Shown piece by piece: positions 9,113-19,476 of a stretch of DNA of 64,000 nucleotides. The notes beneath the pieces were generated by a model, which saw only the letters and a program-made list of their open reading frames with translations, ran no database searches and was not told the origin of the DNA. Source of the stretch: Nitrosopumilus sp. (lineage in GTDB: Archaea > Thermoproteota > Nitrososphaeria > Nitrososphaerales > Nitrosopumilaceae). How positions within the stretch are numbered: the stretch's first letter is position 1; each line of letters opens with the position of its first letter. The translations under genes were made by a program, and so were the position numbers. The stretch is from NCBI GenBank assembly GCA_965223425.1, contig OZ245003.1:96001-160000 (forward strand). Direction: 5' to 3'.

Positions 9113-10613
9113 GGGAGTGCTGTTTGATGTGGATCAGTCCACCGTGTGCAGGTACCTCAAGTTTGCAGATTCCGTGCTGGCAAAGATTCTGCCTACTGCA
9201 GACAGGATGACCCGTCTGGTAAAAAAGGCCGAGACATCAGAGCAGCTAGAGCAGCTAATGCCGGACAGAACCATCATAATTGACGGCACCGAGGTGGTGC
9301 CAAGGCAGCGTCCGCAGGACAAGGATAAAAGAAAAAACACGTACTCTGGCAAAAAGAAGCGCTTTACGATTAACACCACCATAACAACAAACAAGGCAGG
9401 CCTGATACTTGCAGCAGGCAGGTCCTTTGAGGGCGGGACGCACGACCTTGCCATGATAAGAGAGGATCCGACAGACTGGCAGGTGGTCTAAATCCATGTA
9501 CAAAAAAGACACTCCGGAAAAGGACAGGATACGGTGCTTGCAGACAAGGGGTACCAGGGATGCCAATCACTACGAGGGAATAGCACTTGAGATGCCGGAA
9601 AAAAAGAGGCCGCGGACGGAGCTGACGCAGCAGCAAAAGGACTCCAACAAAAGGATCAGCGCCAAGAGGGTAAAGGCGGGGCACGCCATCGGAAGAATAA
9701 AGCAGTGGGCAAGGATGACAGACCCGTACGACGGCACGGTAGAGGAGTTTCGCGAGGAGCTGGCTGTGTGTACCGGCCTTGCAAACTTTGGTTTGCTGTG
9801 GGATGCAAAAAGAAAGCGGCCGTCACTTGGTTATTGACGGTACGATACTGGGTGCATGATGATGATGATGATGATGACGCATCGCAAGAGTGCGCACGGA
9901 TTTCTAATTTCTGCGAATTTACAATGATCTTTTGCATCAAAATTAAATAATTTCCTGGACTGGCTTTGTGTGTCTTGGTAATGTATGCTGCAGAAAAAAT
10001 TTGACGGGTCAATTATGCATAAAGTCTATTGTATATGACGTCTCATCAAGTTTCAGGTATTTTGATCTGCCAATATTTTCTTTCCATGACTCTACCTCTG
10101 ACTCTAACGCTCCTCCTAATGCAAACAGCGCGTTTTGTATTGTTTTTTTGCAGATTGACGTGTCATACAGGCTTGCTGCCTCCCTGATTGAGTTCAGGCT
10201 GCAGCCTTGTTTATACATCGACATGATTATTGTCATGAGGTTCTTGCCAATCGATGTTCCGTCTATTCCGACCCGGGGCGTTGTGACACGTCCGCACCTG
10301 CAGGTGCAGTGCTGTATGACGTTGTTTGTGGATACGGTCCTTGGAATCTCCGGAATGTCGACTGTCATCTTTGTCGTGGTTTTTGTAACGGTAATGCCTT
10401 TGCTGCCGCACTTTGCGCATTTCTTTGGCCTGTGCACCGTTGTGTGACAAGGCCTTCTCTTGTGGGATGCGCCGACGTGGCCTGCCTTTGCTCCGCCCTT
10501 GTTTGGAGGGGAGGAGGAGGAGGAGGAGGAACCGCCTTTTGCACGGTCTGCCTTTTTTCGGCGCGTGGGAATGGAGTTTGCCGACGGCGGTGAGTGCGGA
10601 TTCTCGTAGAACG

Positions 10614-11746
10614 TAGTGAATTGGATTAACAATCGCTCACAAAACAGACAACATTATTCAACCACAAGATCTAGATCCCAGTGTATGGCAGAATCCGCAT
10701 GAAATACAACGATTCCATAGTAATACCGGCAGACAAAAGATTCCTGTCCGGCGTCTCCAGTGCGCGCCTGCGCAGCATGCAAAAAAAGGAGACAGATCCC
10801 AGGGCCGCAACAAGACTGCTGGCATATGCCATGCGCAAGGAGGGCATGTCCATACGCCGGATATGCATGGCCCTCAACAGGTCATATTCCACAGTACGGG
10901 GCTGGCTTGTGCGCGCCGCACAGCTTGGCACCGACGGCAGATACGACATCAAAAATGAAGGCGCGCCAAACAAGCTCGATCCGGAACAGATAGAACAGCT
11001 GCGCGCAGACCTGCTGGCAGGCCCGCGCAGTTGCGGCTTTGAGTCCGGAGTGTGGACGGCACCGCTGCTGGCCGTACACATCAGAAAAAAGTTCGGCGTG
11101 CAGTATGCCACTGTCAGCATATATGACATACTGCACAGGATGGGCTTTTCGTGCAGAAAGCCGCGTCCAAAGCACCCAAGTCAGCCTCAGAATCAGAGAA
11201 AAAAAAGTTTAAAAAAAAGCAGAGGAGATAATCCAGAGTCATCCAGACCATACGGTGATTACAGTTGACGAGGCCTCCTTTATCATTGGGTGGAATACCA
11301 AGAACGGGTGGTACCCCAAGGGCAGGCCCGTCACCACTCCAGTCAGCCTGTCGCGCAAAAGGTTCTACTCGTTTGGGGCGCTGTACGACGGCGGCTTTGA
11401 CTGCAGGTTCTATGCCAAGGCCGACAGCTACGGCTTTGTGGACATGCTCGGACACCTGCATCTCAAGCACGGCAAGATCATCGTCTTTCTTGATAACGCA
11501 TCGTACCACAAGTCAAAGATGGTCAATGATTTTGTCGACTCGTATGACGGCGACATAGTCCCTGTTTACTTGCCCGTGTACACCCCGGAGCTGAATACCA
11601 CGGAGGGGCAGTGGAGGCTGTTAAGAAGGGCCACTGCAAACGTGATGTATGAAAGCACAAAGGTGATGAAGGAATCCATATGGACAATGCTGTATAGACG
11701 TGAGGTCAGGATAACAAGGATGAGCGGTTATTTATCCTAGTCACTA
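10614..11746 (+). mobile_element. IS630-family element A, copy 1
   Basis: Imperfect ~26-bp TIRs TAGTGAATTGGATTAACAATCGCTCA / TAGTGACTAGGATAAATAACCGCTCA; CG duplicated on both sides. Confidence 0.9.
10681..11740 (+). pseudogene. IS630 transposase, frameshifted
   Basis: Two ORFs (10681-11268, 11255-11740) match the intact 352-aa copy at 30912-31970. Confidence 0.85.
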
Positions 11747-11915
11747 CGCTACGCGCCTCTTTAGTTCCGCTATTGTCAAATCCTTCTCGGCTTCCCTTGC
11801 CTGTAATTTTTTTACATCGCCTGCCAACTGGCTGACAATCTTTCGCAAGTTGTCGTTTTCAGCAAATGATTTTGCCAGAGCATCCCGTAATATCTTGATC
11901 TCCGAGTCACTCATT

Positions 11916-12014
11916 AGACCTTATGCGTAATCGACTAAAAATTCAAAATCAAATTGGTTTACTAAGGCAAAAATCATCTCGCAATATTAGTTTGATCGAT
12001 TATGCATAAGGTCT
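11916..12014. mobile_element. 99-bp MITE, copy 2
   Basis: Same sequence as 4976-5074; ATT TSD confirmed against the empty site in IS66 copy 1. Confidence 0.92.
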
Positions 12015-12090
12015 ATTAGACAGAATCAGGGATCATCGAATTTGGATCAGTATGATCTAGAATGTTTGAGTTCGTGACTAACCTAGCCTC

Positions 12091-12423
12091 TTACGATTCT
12101 TCTTCTTTCCAGAACTCTTCACAAAAATCATCAAACATTTGTTCACGTTTTTCAGGATCTGCAGTGGCAAAGGTTTGAAGATCAGCATTAAGCAGAAAGT
12201 TTCTAATGTTATCAACTCCAATATCGTTTATTTCCATTATTTCAAACTGTTTTTTCAAGACATGATTTTGAAGCATTATACCATCAAACATAACGTCTAT
12301 TTTTTCCTCTAAACTTCCAGATTCATTAAATTTCTTTTTAAGATCTTTTCTAATCTTGTCTAGCATATCGTGCATCTTAAAAATATTCTCATCTAATTCA
12401 AAATCGATATCTTCCTCATCCAT
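12091..12423 (-). CDS. Acidic hypothetical protein; stop codon supplied by the IS66 end
   Basis: 110-aa ORF whose TAA lies in the IS66 TIR. Confidence 0.6.
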   Translation of the reverse strand: MDEEDIDFELDENIFKMHDMLDKIRKDLKKKFNESGSLEEKIDVMFDGIMLQNHVLKKQFEIMEINDIGVDNIRNFLLNADLQTFATADPEKREQMFDDFCEEFWKEEES

Positions 12424-12506
12424 GATCTAACAAAAATTAAACTATGTCTTAAAGATGCTGATCACTGGATTTACCAGAACCTGATAATTTCATAAACTAA
12501 TTAGAT

Positions 12507-13583
12507 CTACTGTGGAGAATCAGGATCAGATGAATGAATTATAAAATCTATAGATTCGTTGACAAGCTGATAGAAAGTTCCCGCCCGGTCATAATCCACC
12601 CTCTGCTCTATATCTAGTTGAAAAGGCCTGTCATACATATGCGGACTATAATAACTAGTATTAATAAAAAATTCAAAAGTCCCGCCACGTGTATCAACCT
12701 CACATCTAGTATCTGAAAACTGCCAGACTTGACCACTAGCTATATGGTCTCTACAAACAGGTACAAGCAGATTTCCATCATTTGCCTCTCTAACGTCAAC
12801 TCTGTAAGTTACTTGTAGATCATCATGGTAACTTCCATCTTCATCATGCAGGTTCTCAGGAAGAGGGAAAAAACTGCCCGTAATCGTAATTATGTCACCG
12901 GCGACATATTCAGTTTTGTCAGTGGTCATATGAAAAGCATCCTGATTCATTGCCCTCGTTTTTTCTTGAAGGGCCATTAGTTCATTACCAATTATTGCCA
13001 TCTCTTTGGATTTCTCTATATACATTGCAGTCAATCTATCAATTTCGTTGGCAATTTGAGAAATAGTTTCAGTTTCCGGTTCCGGCTCTGGTGTTGGATC
13101 CGGCTCTGGTGTTGGATCCGGCTCTGGTGTTGGATCCGGCTCTGGTGTTGGATCAGGATCCAATATGGTAAGAGTTACACTATCAGTGTGGATCTCAACG
13201 GCCTCTCCATTCACGTAATCATAAAGAAAAGATTTTACCTCATACTCACCAGGAGGGCAATCAACCGATATTTCACTAATTCTAATTTCAGGATTTTCAT
13301 CCACTTTGTACATATAACGATAGTCACCCATGCCCCATCCCTCGCAGATTTCTCCAAGTCTAATATTCATGACATCAGCCCTGAAAATATAATCTGTGGT
13401 CTGTTTGTTGTTATCAAAGTCCAAATCATTGTATAGCATTGTGACGGTAACCAATTCACCTGCAGTTACTGAGTATCTTGTTAGCCCGATCTCAGTCGTA
13501 TCTGCAAAGGCCGGCATTGATAAATTAATCATAATAAATGCAAACGCTGCAATAATGACAATCTTGGGCATAGTGACCATCAT
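12507..13583 (-). CDS. Secreted/surface protein with a PEPDPT linker
   Basis: Signal peptide ending AFA; beta-rich domains; TDKTEYVAGDIITITG motif; 18-bp repeat linker. Confidence 0.8.
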   Translation of the reverse strand: MMVTMPKIVIIAAFAFIMINLSMPAFADTTEIGLTRYSVTAGELVTVTMLYNDLDFDNNKQTTDYIFRADVMNIRLGEICEGWGMGDYRYMYKVDENPEIRISEISVDCPPGEYEVKSFLYDYVNGEAVEIHTDSVTLTILDPDPTPEPDPTPEPDPTPEPDPTPEPEPETETISQIANEIDRLTAMYIEKSKEMAIIGNELMALQEKTRAMNQDAFHMTTDKTEYVAGDIITITGSFFPLPENLHDEDGSYHDDLQVTYRVDVREANDGNLLVPVCRDHIASGQVWQFSDTRCEVDTRGGTFEFFINTSYYSPHMYDRPFQLDIEQRVDYDRAGTFYQLVNESIDFIIHSSDPDSPQ

Positions 13584-13682
13584 ACGCTATCTCTAAAACA
13601 CGTATTAATAAAGTGTAACATTTGTGATTTTTGTGATTTATTGAAAAAAAGTAAGTTTGGTAAGTCATGCGGTTAGCTGTTT

Positions 13683-13826
13683 TTATGGCTTACCGGACTT
13701 GCCTGTTATTGTGTGATTGATTAGTTTCTGCATCAGCTCGGATTTTGACATTTTGTTTTCATGTGCAGCTTGATCTACTGCCCTCCAAACGTCAGCAGGT
13801 AGGTGAAACCATACAACCGGCTTGAT
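13683..13826 (-). pseudogene. Ribbon-helix-helix (CopG-like) ORF lacking a canonical start
   Basis: IKPVVWFHLPADVWRAVDQAAHENKMSKSELMQKLINHTITGKSGKP*; begins with ATC. Confidence 0.5.
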
Positions 13827-13861
13827 TAAAACTTTAAAGTTGAGTCAGGTTAACCTGCATT

Positions 13862-14365
13862 ATGCATCCTGTAGAAAAGGGCAACATGTTGCTATCTCGT
13901 GGCATGTTCAAAGAGGCGATGAAATTTTTCGACAAGGCAATCAAGATGGATCCGGACGATGAGAGAGGACACGGCGGCAAAGCTGTGGCACTTTTCAGCC
14001 TTGGCAGGTACAAGGAGGCAATCCCATACTATGACAAGTCGATCCAATGCGAGCCTTGCAGAGCAGCTACATATGGGGCAAAAGGGACGGCACTTGAGGA
14101 ACTCGGCAGGCTGGAGGAATCCCTGGAGTGTTATGACAAGGTGATCGAACTTGCGCCAAATGACATAGGGGGGTATTTTCGCAGGGCACTTGTGTCCGAA
14201 AGACTCGGCAGGCTGGAGGAGGCAATAGAGTATTATGACAAGGCAAGCACGGTAGAGCCTGATGATGATATCGGATACGAACTGCGCGAGAAGGCAAAAA
14301 AGACGCTTCAGATGATGATGAAGGTCATAGACGAATACGATCCAGATGCAACTGACCAGAGATAA
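13862..14365 (+). CDS. Tetratricopeptide repeat protein
   Basis: About four 34-aa units with the KG..L..LGR.EEA...YDKA pattern. Confidence 0.9.
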   Translation: MHPVEKGNMLLSRGMFKEAMKFFDKAIKMDPDDERGHGGKAVALFSLGRYKEAIPYYDKSIQCEPCRAATYGAKGTALEELGRLEESLECYDKVIELAPNDIGGYFRRALVSERLGRLEEAIEYYDKASTVEPDDDIGYELREKAKKTLQMMMKVIDEYDPDATDQR

Positions 14366-14504
14366 AATTATCAATCAGGAATTATTTGGCTACTTGTGTA
14401 CGTGAGACTTGTGTGTTGTTATGACCTATATGGAGATGCAGTTATCGTATGTTGTGGGCTTGCCAAGTACCAAGTGCTAGGGATTATTTTCAGAAAGGAT
14501 ACCA

Positions 14505-15659
14505 CTAGTTTCTGGAGAATCCAAATTTTGATGCCCAGCCATTTTTTTGTCTTTTAGCCGGCTTCTTTGAAAGATTGTCCAACATATCATACGTAATTGT
14601 AAATCCATACCCGACCATAGTGGCATCTTTTCCATAGCTTTCTTTGTTGGGGACAAATTTATCATCCAAGTCTTTGATTTTTTTGGTTTTTAGATCAAAC
14701 AACCTAATTTTCTTGCCGTTTTCAAGCTTGATGACTGCGTCACCGCTCAGTCCCTGAATTGAAAAGTTTTCAAAAAATCGTATCAGGCCGCCCTGCTTTA
14801 GTTCAATTACGGAATCATAGGTGAGTTTTCCTCCGTAGAACAAGATCTCACGTGCAGTTATTATTGCATCATCTTCCACATTAAGGACGATAACTGTATC
14901 AGCGTCAAGCGAAACAGTATTTGCCAGATTTTCAGCGACTATTCTTCCATTTGGAGCTGAAATGCGTGTTCGGTGTTCTTGAATTTGGAATACCCCAACT
15001 CGCCCCTCTGGATCTTCAACTCTAAATTTTCGACCAAAGACATTTCCCACTATGATGTCTCCGTCATCTACAACAATTCTGGCACCATTTTCAATTTTAT
15101 ATTTATTTTCTAAAGCATTGATAAATTTGAAATCTCCTTTAGTGAGATGTATGTTTGTCCTAAATTCTTGTGTCCATGATGGACTGGTGATGCTTCCCTG
15201 CATGATTATTGGCCCATCGTAGGTTAGACTTCCAGCCATAAAATTTCCTTTAATTGATAAAGCACCGTTTGCTTTTCTTTCCAGTTCAATTTCACCAAGG
15301 GTTTTTGATCCAAACAGTCTTGTGGCAGTCGAGTTTGATCTGTTCAATGCTGCTGCCCATTCTTCAGCAGTTTTCATTTCTTTTGACAACTCTTGACCTA
15401 AAATCTGATTTTTTCTTCTAACATCAGCTTCAGAATCGCCAGAATAAACTCTAGAGTTTTTTATTTTTTCAATATCTGTATCAGGATATTTTTTGCCGAT
15501 TTTGAGATCCTCATATGCCTGTTTAATTTTGATGAATTGGTCGTTTTCTCCGCCACGATCTGAGTGATATTGAAGAGCTAGGCGCCTAAATGCATCTCTA
15601 ATTTCCTTTTCAGTTGAACCCTCTACAATTCCCAAGATATCATAATTACTTTCCACCAT
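14505..15659 (-). CDS. DnaJ-domain protein
   Basis: YDILG...IRDAFRRLALQYHSD (HPD variant). Confidence 0.85.
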   Translation of the reverse strand: MVESNYDILGIVEGSTEKEIRDAFRRLALQYHSDRGGENDQFIKIKQAYEDLKIGKKYPDTDIEKIKNSRVYSGDSEADVRRKNQILGQELSKEMKTAEEWAAALNRSNSTATRLFGSKTLGEIELERKANGALSIKGNFMAGSLTYDGPIIMQGSITSPSWTQEFRTNIHLTKGDFKFINALENKYKIENGARIVVDDGDIIVGNVFGRKFRVEDPEGRVGVFQIQEHRTRISAPNGRIVAENLANTVSLDADTVIVLNVEDDAIITAREILFYGGKLTYDSVIELKQGGLIRFFENFSIQGLSGDAVIKLENGKKIRLFDLKTKKIKDLDDKFVPNKESYGKDATMVGYGFTITYDMLDNLSKKPAKRQKNGWASKFGFSRN

Positions 15660-15727
15660 ACTTACACCAGCTAGCTAATTTTTCACAATTCCTATACTTG
15701 TAGGTTATTGAACTGCTATGATAAAAT

Positions 15728-16387
15728 TTAGTTCTTTTTTGATTTCACTAGTGCTAATACCGCAATCGAAATTCCAACAATTCCAACTCCAATCCCAACA
15801 TATCCCACATTCGTTTGCTGTTTTGTTTGTTCTAGATTGCTTACCGATTCTTTCAAATCATGGATATCTCCAATCAATGTTGTGTGTCCATCAATTATTT
15901 GGGTTATTGTAAGATCTGATGGTTCAGGAAATTCAATGTAGCCACGTTCAGCAACAGGTGGCGGATGCATTGATAGGCTGATTGGGGTGTCTGCAATTGT
16001 TCCCAACATATTTGCTTGATAGTATCCAGCAACTGTCGGATTGACAAAGGCATAGTATTTTCCAGGGATGTTATGATCAGGGGAAAGTGGAAGCGTGATG
16101 CTTTCATCTTTGTAGATTAATTGCATTTTAACAGTTTTTTTCAGTCCTTTGACTCCATTTTGAAATTCCTGAGACTGTGCACATTTGATTGCTTCTGAAA
16201 TCCCAGAACACGGAACTAGTGGGCTAACATAGAACTCGATTGCATTTGTTTCTCCAGAAACGACAGGTTCATTCATCCAGCCAATTTCCACTCTATAGTC
16301 ACCAACAGAATCAATCGTGTGTCCGCTTGCAGTTACAACGAGACTTGGGAGAATCAGCAGGGATAACATTAAGAATTTTAATTCCAA
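15728..16387 (-). CDS. Membrane-anchored secreted protein
   Basis: Signal peptide, IGWMNEP motif, C-terminal TM helix. Confidence 0.8.
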   Translation of the reverse strand: MELKFLMLSLLILPSLVVTASGHTIDSVGDYRVEIGWMNEPVVSGETNAIEFYVSPLVPCSGISEAIKCAQSQEFQNGVKGLKKTVKMQLIYKDESITLPLSPDHNIPGKYYAFVNPTVAGYYQANMLGTIADTPISLSMHPPPVAERGYIEFPEPSDLTITQIIDGHTTLIGDIHDLKESVSNLEQTKQQTNVGYVGIGVGIVGISIAVLALVKSKKN

Positions 16388-16467
16388 TATTGAAAAAACC
16401 AGACATGATTTTAAAAATGTTCTATTTGTTTCCCTTAATTGAGTTTGAGTTTTGATGGTTGTACCAG

Positions 16468-17913
16468 TTAGGCATCTGCATACATTGAGACTTCCCAGGC
16501 TGTAGGGGTTTGTGCAAATGCTGTATATTCTTTGTATTTCAATTCAGAATATTTATCAAGAAAATCCTTTGTAAAAACATCTTCCAAAAATTTCGAATCA
16601 CTTGCTAAAGAGTCAAGTGCTCCTTTCAGAGAAACCGGCAAAGAGCCAATATTGAGTTCACGTTTCTTTTCTGTAGAGAGTTTGTATACGTTTTCTTCTA
16701 TGGGATCACCTGGATCCATTTTATTTTTTATTCCATCCAGACCAGCTAACAGTAATGCGGCTTCTAGTAGATAGATGTTGGCAGTTGGATCAGGTACGCG
16801 ATATTCAAGTCTTTTACTTTTTTCTTGATTTCGATTATACATCGGAACCCGAATTGCAGCAGATCTGTTCCCCAATCCCCAACAAACGTTAACAGGTGCT
16901 TCAAACCCAGGAACAAGACGTTTGTAAGAATTTGTTGTAGGATTTGAAATTGCACATAAAGCTGATGCATGACTTAGGATTCCACCAATATAATATCTTC
17001 CGGTTTGACTCATTTGTGCTATTTCATCATCTTGATCATACATTGCATTTGAGTTGTCATTCCACAGACTTTGATGTGTGTGCATGGCTGATGCGTTATC
17101 GCCAAAAATCGGTTTTGGCATAAAAGTAGCAACTTTATTTTTTCGTTTGGCTTTTACCTTTACCAAATTTTTGACTGCAATTACATTATCTGCCATAACA
17201 ATCATTTCATCATAAACTAGATTGATCTCACATTGACCGGAGGTTGCTACTTCATGATGTTCTGCTTCAATTTTTATTCCAAAATAGCTGTACAGATCAT
17301 CACATACGTCTTTTCTAAATCCCTCAAGTGTATCTTTGGGTTGTGATGGGTAATATCCTTCTTTGATGTCTATTGCAGTACTTACATTTCCTTTAGCCCA
17401 TGGTGATTCTTTAGACTCTATAGAATAACCAGAGCCTCCATAGGAATGAGTTGCAGCATATGGTGACGGATAAACATTGATTGTATCAAATACAAAAAAT
17501 TCTATTTCAGGCCCCCAGTTGGTATGAGTAAATCCAAATTCGTGAAGTTTTTTAGATGCCTTGTGTGCAATTCCCCTAGAATCTCGATTATATCTTGATT
17601 CTTTGCTTGTACTTCCATCATACAGATCACAAAATATTCTTGCATTCTTTCTATTACCTGGATCATAGTCATTTGGCAAAATTTTAAATGAACTTGGATC
17701 AGGCATCAGAATCATATCTGAGTTATTTACTGATTTGAATCCGACAATCGAGCTTGCATCAAGTTTTTCAAGACCGTTTACAAAACTATTTTTATCGATT
17801 GCATAGCTTGGCATTCCAACATTATGAAGTTCACCGAAAATATCCACAAACCAAAAATCAATGAACGAGATATTTTCATCTTGTATAGTCTGTATAACTT
17901 GATCTGGGTTCAA
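16468..17913 (-). CDS. glnA: Glutamine synthetase type I (copy 1)
   Basis: GPEIEFF, HHEVA, FMPKP, MHTHQSL, NSYKRLVPGFEAP, NRSAAIRVP. Confidence 0.95.
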   Translation of the reverse strand: MNPDQVIQTIQDENISFIDFWFVDIFGELHNVGMPSYAIDKNSFVNGLEKLDASSIVGFKSVNNSDMILMPDPSSFKILPNDYDPGNRKNARIFCDLYDGSTSKESRYNRDSRGIAHKASKKLHEFGFTHTNWGPEIEFFVFDTINVYPSPYAATHSYGGSGYSIESKESPWAKGNVSTAIDIKEGYYPSQPKDTLEGFRKDVCDDLYSYFGIKIEAEHHEVATSGQCEINLVYDEMIVMADNVIAVKNLVKVKAKRKNKVATFMPKPIFGDNASAMHTHQSLWNDNSNAMYDQDDEIAQMSQTGRYYIGGILSHASALCAISNPTTNSYKRLVPGFEAPVNVCWGLGNRSAAIRVPMYNRNQEKSKRLEYRVPDPTANIYLLEAALLLAGLDGIKNKMDPGDPIEENVYKLSTEKKRELNIGSLPVSLKGALDSLASDSKFLEDVFTKDFLDKYSELKYKEYTAFAQTPTAWEVSMYADA

Positions 17914-17985
17914 TTGATATTTTTGGTGGATTTGTTTACAAATGTTATCTAGTAAGATAGATTTGTCAAGATTGTCATGTAAATT

Positions 17986-19347
17986 CTAGGAATCAGCATT
18001 CTTAGTTGTCTTAGATGCTTTAAAATTCTCCAATTCATCTTCGAAGAAGAATTTTTTGGAAAATGCCGGTTTTAGATCGTCTAACCATATTGCGTTTTCA
18101 TCATATTTAGCAAAAAACAGTTCATGAGCCCAATTAGGATTTCTACCTTGCAAAAATCTCAAAGTTATTACCTTCTGATCATTAATAGCTGAAGTTCCAA
18201 CGACCTGTACTTTTCCTGGAGTTGCAGACATGCTAGGTCCACGAACTGTTCGTGCCAATCCACTTACAGAAGAATATGCCTTGCTGAAAATTTCATATGC
18301 CTTTACTAGAGGAATTCCAAAGTAGTGTTGAGCACCAGTGTCTCTTACCACAAACATGTAGTAAGGAATACAGCCTAGCTGAACTTGTGTGACCCACATT
18401 TTTGCCCACATTTCTGAATCATCATTTATGTGTGCCAAAAGCGGGGATTGCGTTCTAATTTGAGCGCCAGTGTCTATAACTTGTTTAATTGCAGATTTTA
18501 CAGCATCTGTTGTTAATTCATTTAGATGGTTAAAGTGACCCATAAATGCTAGATGCAAACCGCTATCAGTAATTTTTCTGAAAACATCTAACATTTCCTG
18601 TGAATCAGGATCTGTTAGAAATTTGTAAGGCCAGTAAGAAAGAGCTTTTGTTCCGATTCTAATTGTTTTGAGATTTGGAAGTTTGGATTCAACAAGAGCA
18701 TCAATGTATTTTGAAAATATTTTTGCCTTCATAATCATTGGATCACCTCCAGTGAACAATACATCGCTGATTTCTGGATGTTCTGAAACATATTGTACTA
18801 GTTGTTCTCCTTCTTGCATAGCAAATTTCATTTCATCCATTCCAACAAATTGTGGCCACCTAAAACAAAAACTACAATATGCATGACAAGTCTGACTTTG
18901 ACTAGGGAAAAAGAGGCATGTTTCTTTGTATTTATGCTGCATGCCATACAGCTTAGTACCATCTTTTAATGTTGGAACATTTAATTCCATTTGTCCTGCC
19001 GGATGTGGATTTAGTTGCAAACGAATTTCATTTGCAACAGATGCTATTTCTTTTTTATCAGAATCATTTTTTAAAATAGTTTCCATTTTTTTATAATGTT
19101 CTGGTTTTAACATTCCCTTTTGAGGGAATGTTAGAACATACATCGGATCGTGAGGGATGTTGTTCCAATCAATTAATTGTTCGACAACATAGTTGTTTGC
19201 TTTAAAAGGTAACACATTTCCTACAACTTCCATCTCAAATTGAGTTTCTTCAGAAAGATTTTGGATTTGTGGAAGTCGACGGAAATTGGACAATGTATAT
19301 GATTTTAATGATGGTGAATCGTCCCAAACCGATTCTTGGTGGGTCAT
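17986..19347 (-). CDS. KamA-family radical SAM 2,3-aminomutase
   Basis: CHAYCSFCFR, LFTGGDP, HFNH, PYYMF motifs. Confidence 0.88.
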   Translation of the reverse strand: MTHQESVWDDSPSLKSYTLSNFRRLPQIQNLSEETQFEMEVVGNVLPFKANNYVVEQLIDWNNIPHDPMYVLTFPQKGMLKPEHYKKMETILKNDSDKKEIASVANEIRLQLNPHPAGQMELNVPTLKDGTKLYGMQHKYKETCLFFPSQSQTCHAYCSFCFRWPQFVGMDEMKFAMQEGEQLVQYVSEHPEISDVLFTGGDPMIMKAKIFSKYIDALVESKLPNLKTIRIGTKALSYWPYKFLTDPDSQEMLDVFRKITDSGLHLAFMGHFNHLNELTTDAVKSAIKQVIDTGAQIRTQSPLLAHINDDSEMWAKMWVTQVQLGCIPYYMFVVRDTGAQHYFGIPLVKAYEIFSKAYSSVSGLARTVRGPSMSATPGKVQVVGTSAINDQKVITLRFLQGRNPNWAHELFFAKYDENAIWLDDLKPAFSKKFFFEDELENFKASKTTKNADS

Positions 19348-19476
19348 TTAGTAGATAATACGCAAACCCTTGTTAAATGTTGCAGATATCTTACGCACGA
19401 TATTTTTTGAATTTAATGATAATGGGGTTAACCTTTGTATTCTAGAACATGAATTTGATTAGAATGGTGGTTAAAC

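Larger units (their letters stand above)
8531..9837 (+). pseudogene. IS5/ISL2 DDE transposase in four fragments
   Basis: HTH TQDALGVLFDVDQSTVCRYL; IIDGTE...YSGKKKRFTIN; HDL; NKRISAKRV..HAIGRIK. Contains frameshifts and a 72-bp insertion. Confidence 0.85.
8458..10027 (+). mobile_element. IS5-family (ISL2-like) element, inactivated
   Basis: 19-bp TIRs AGACTTTATGCA(C/T)AATTGA; flanks AGA/ATT do not match, implying an adjacent deletion. Confidence 0.85.
10028..12094 (-). mobile_element. IS66 copy 2, truncated and carrying nested IS630 and MITE insertions
   Basis: Near-identical to about 1169-1983; TIR at 12081-12094; the other end is lost at the IS5 boundary. Confidence 0.9.

Noticed and set aside
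13075-13160. 18-bp tandem repeats as a CRISPR array
   Set aside because: There are no spacers; the repeats encode the in-frame PEPDPT linker.
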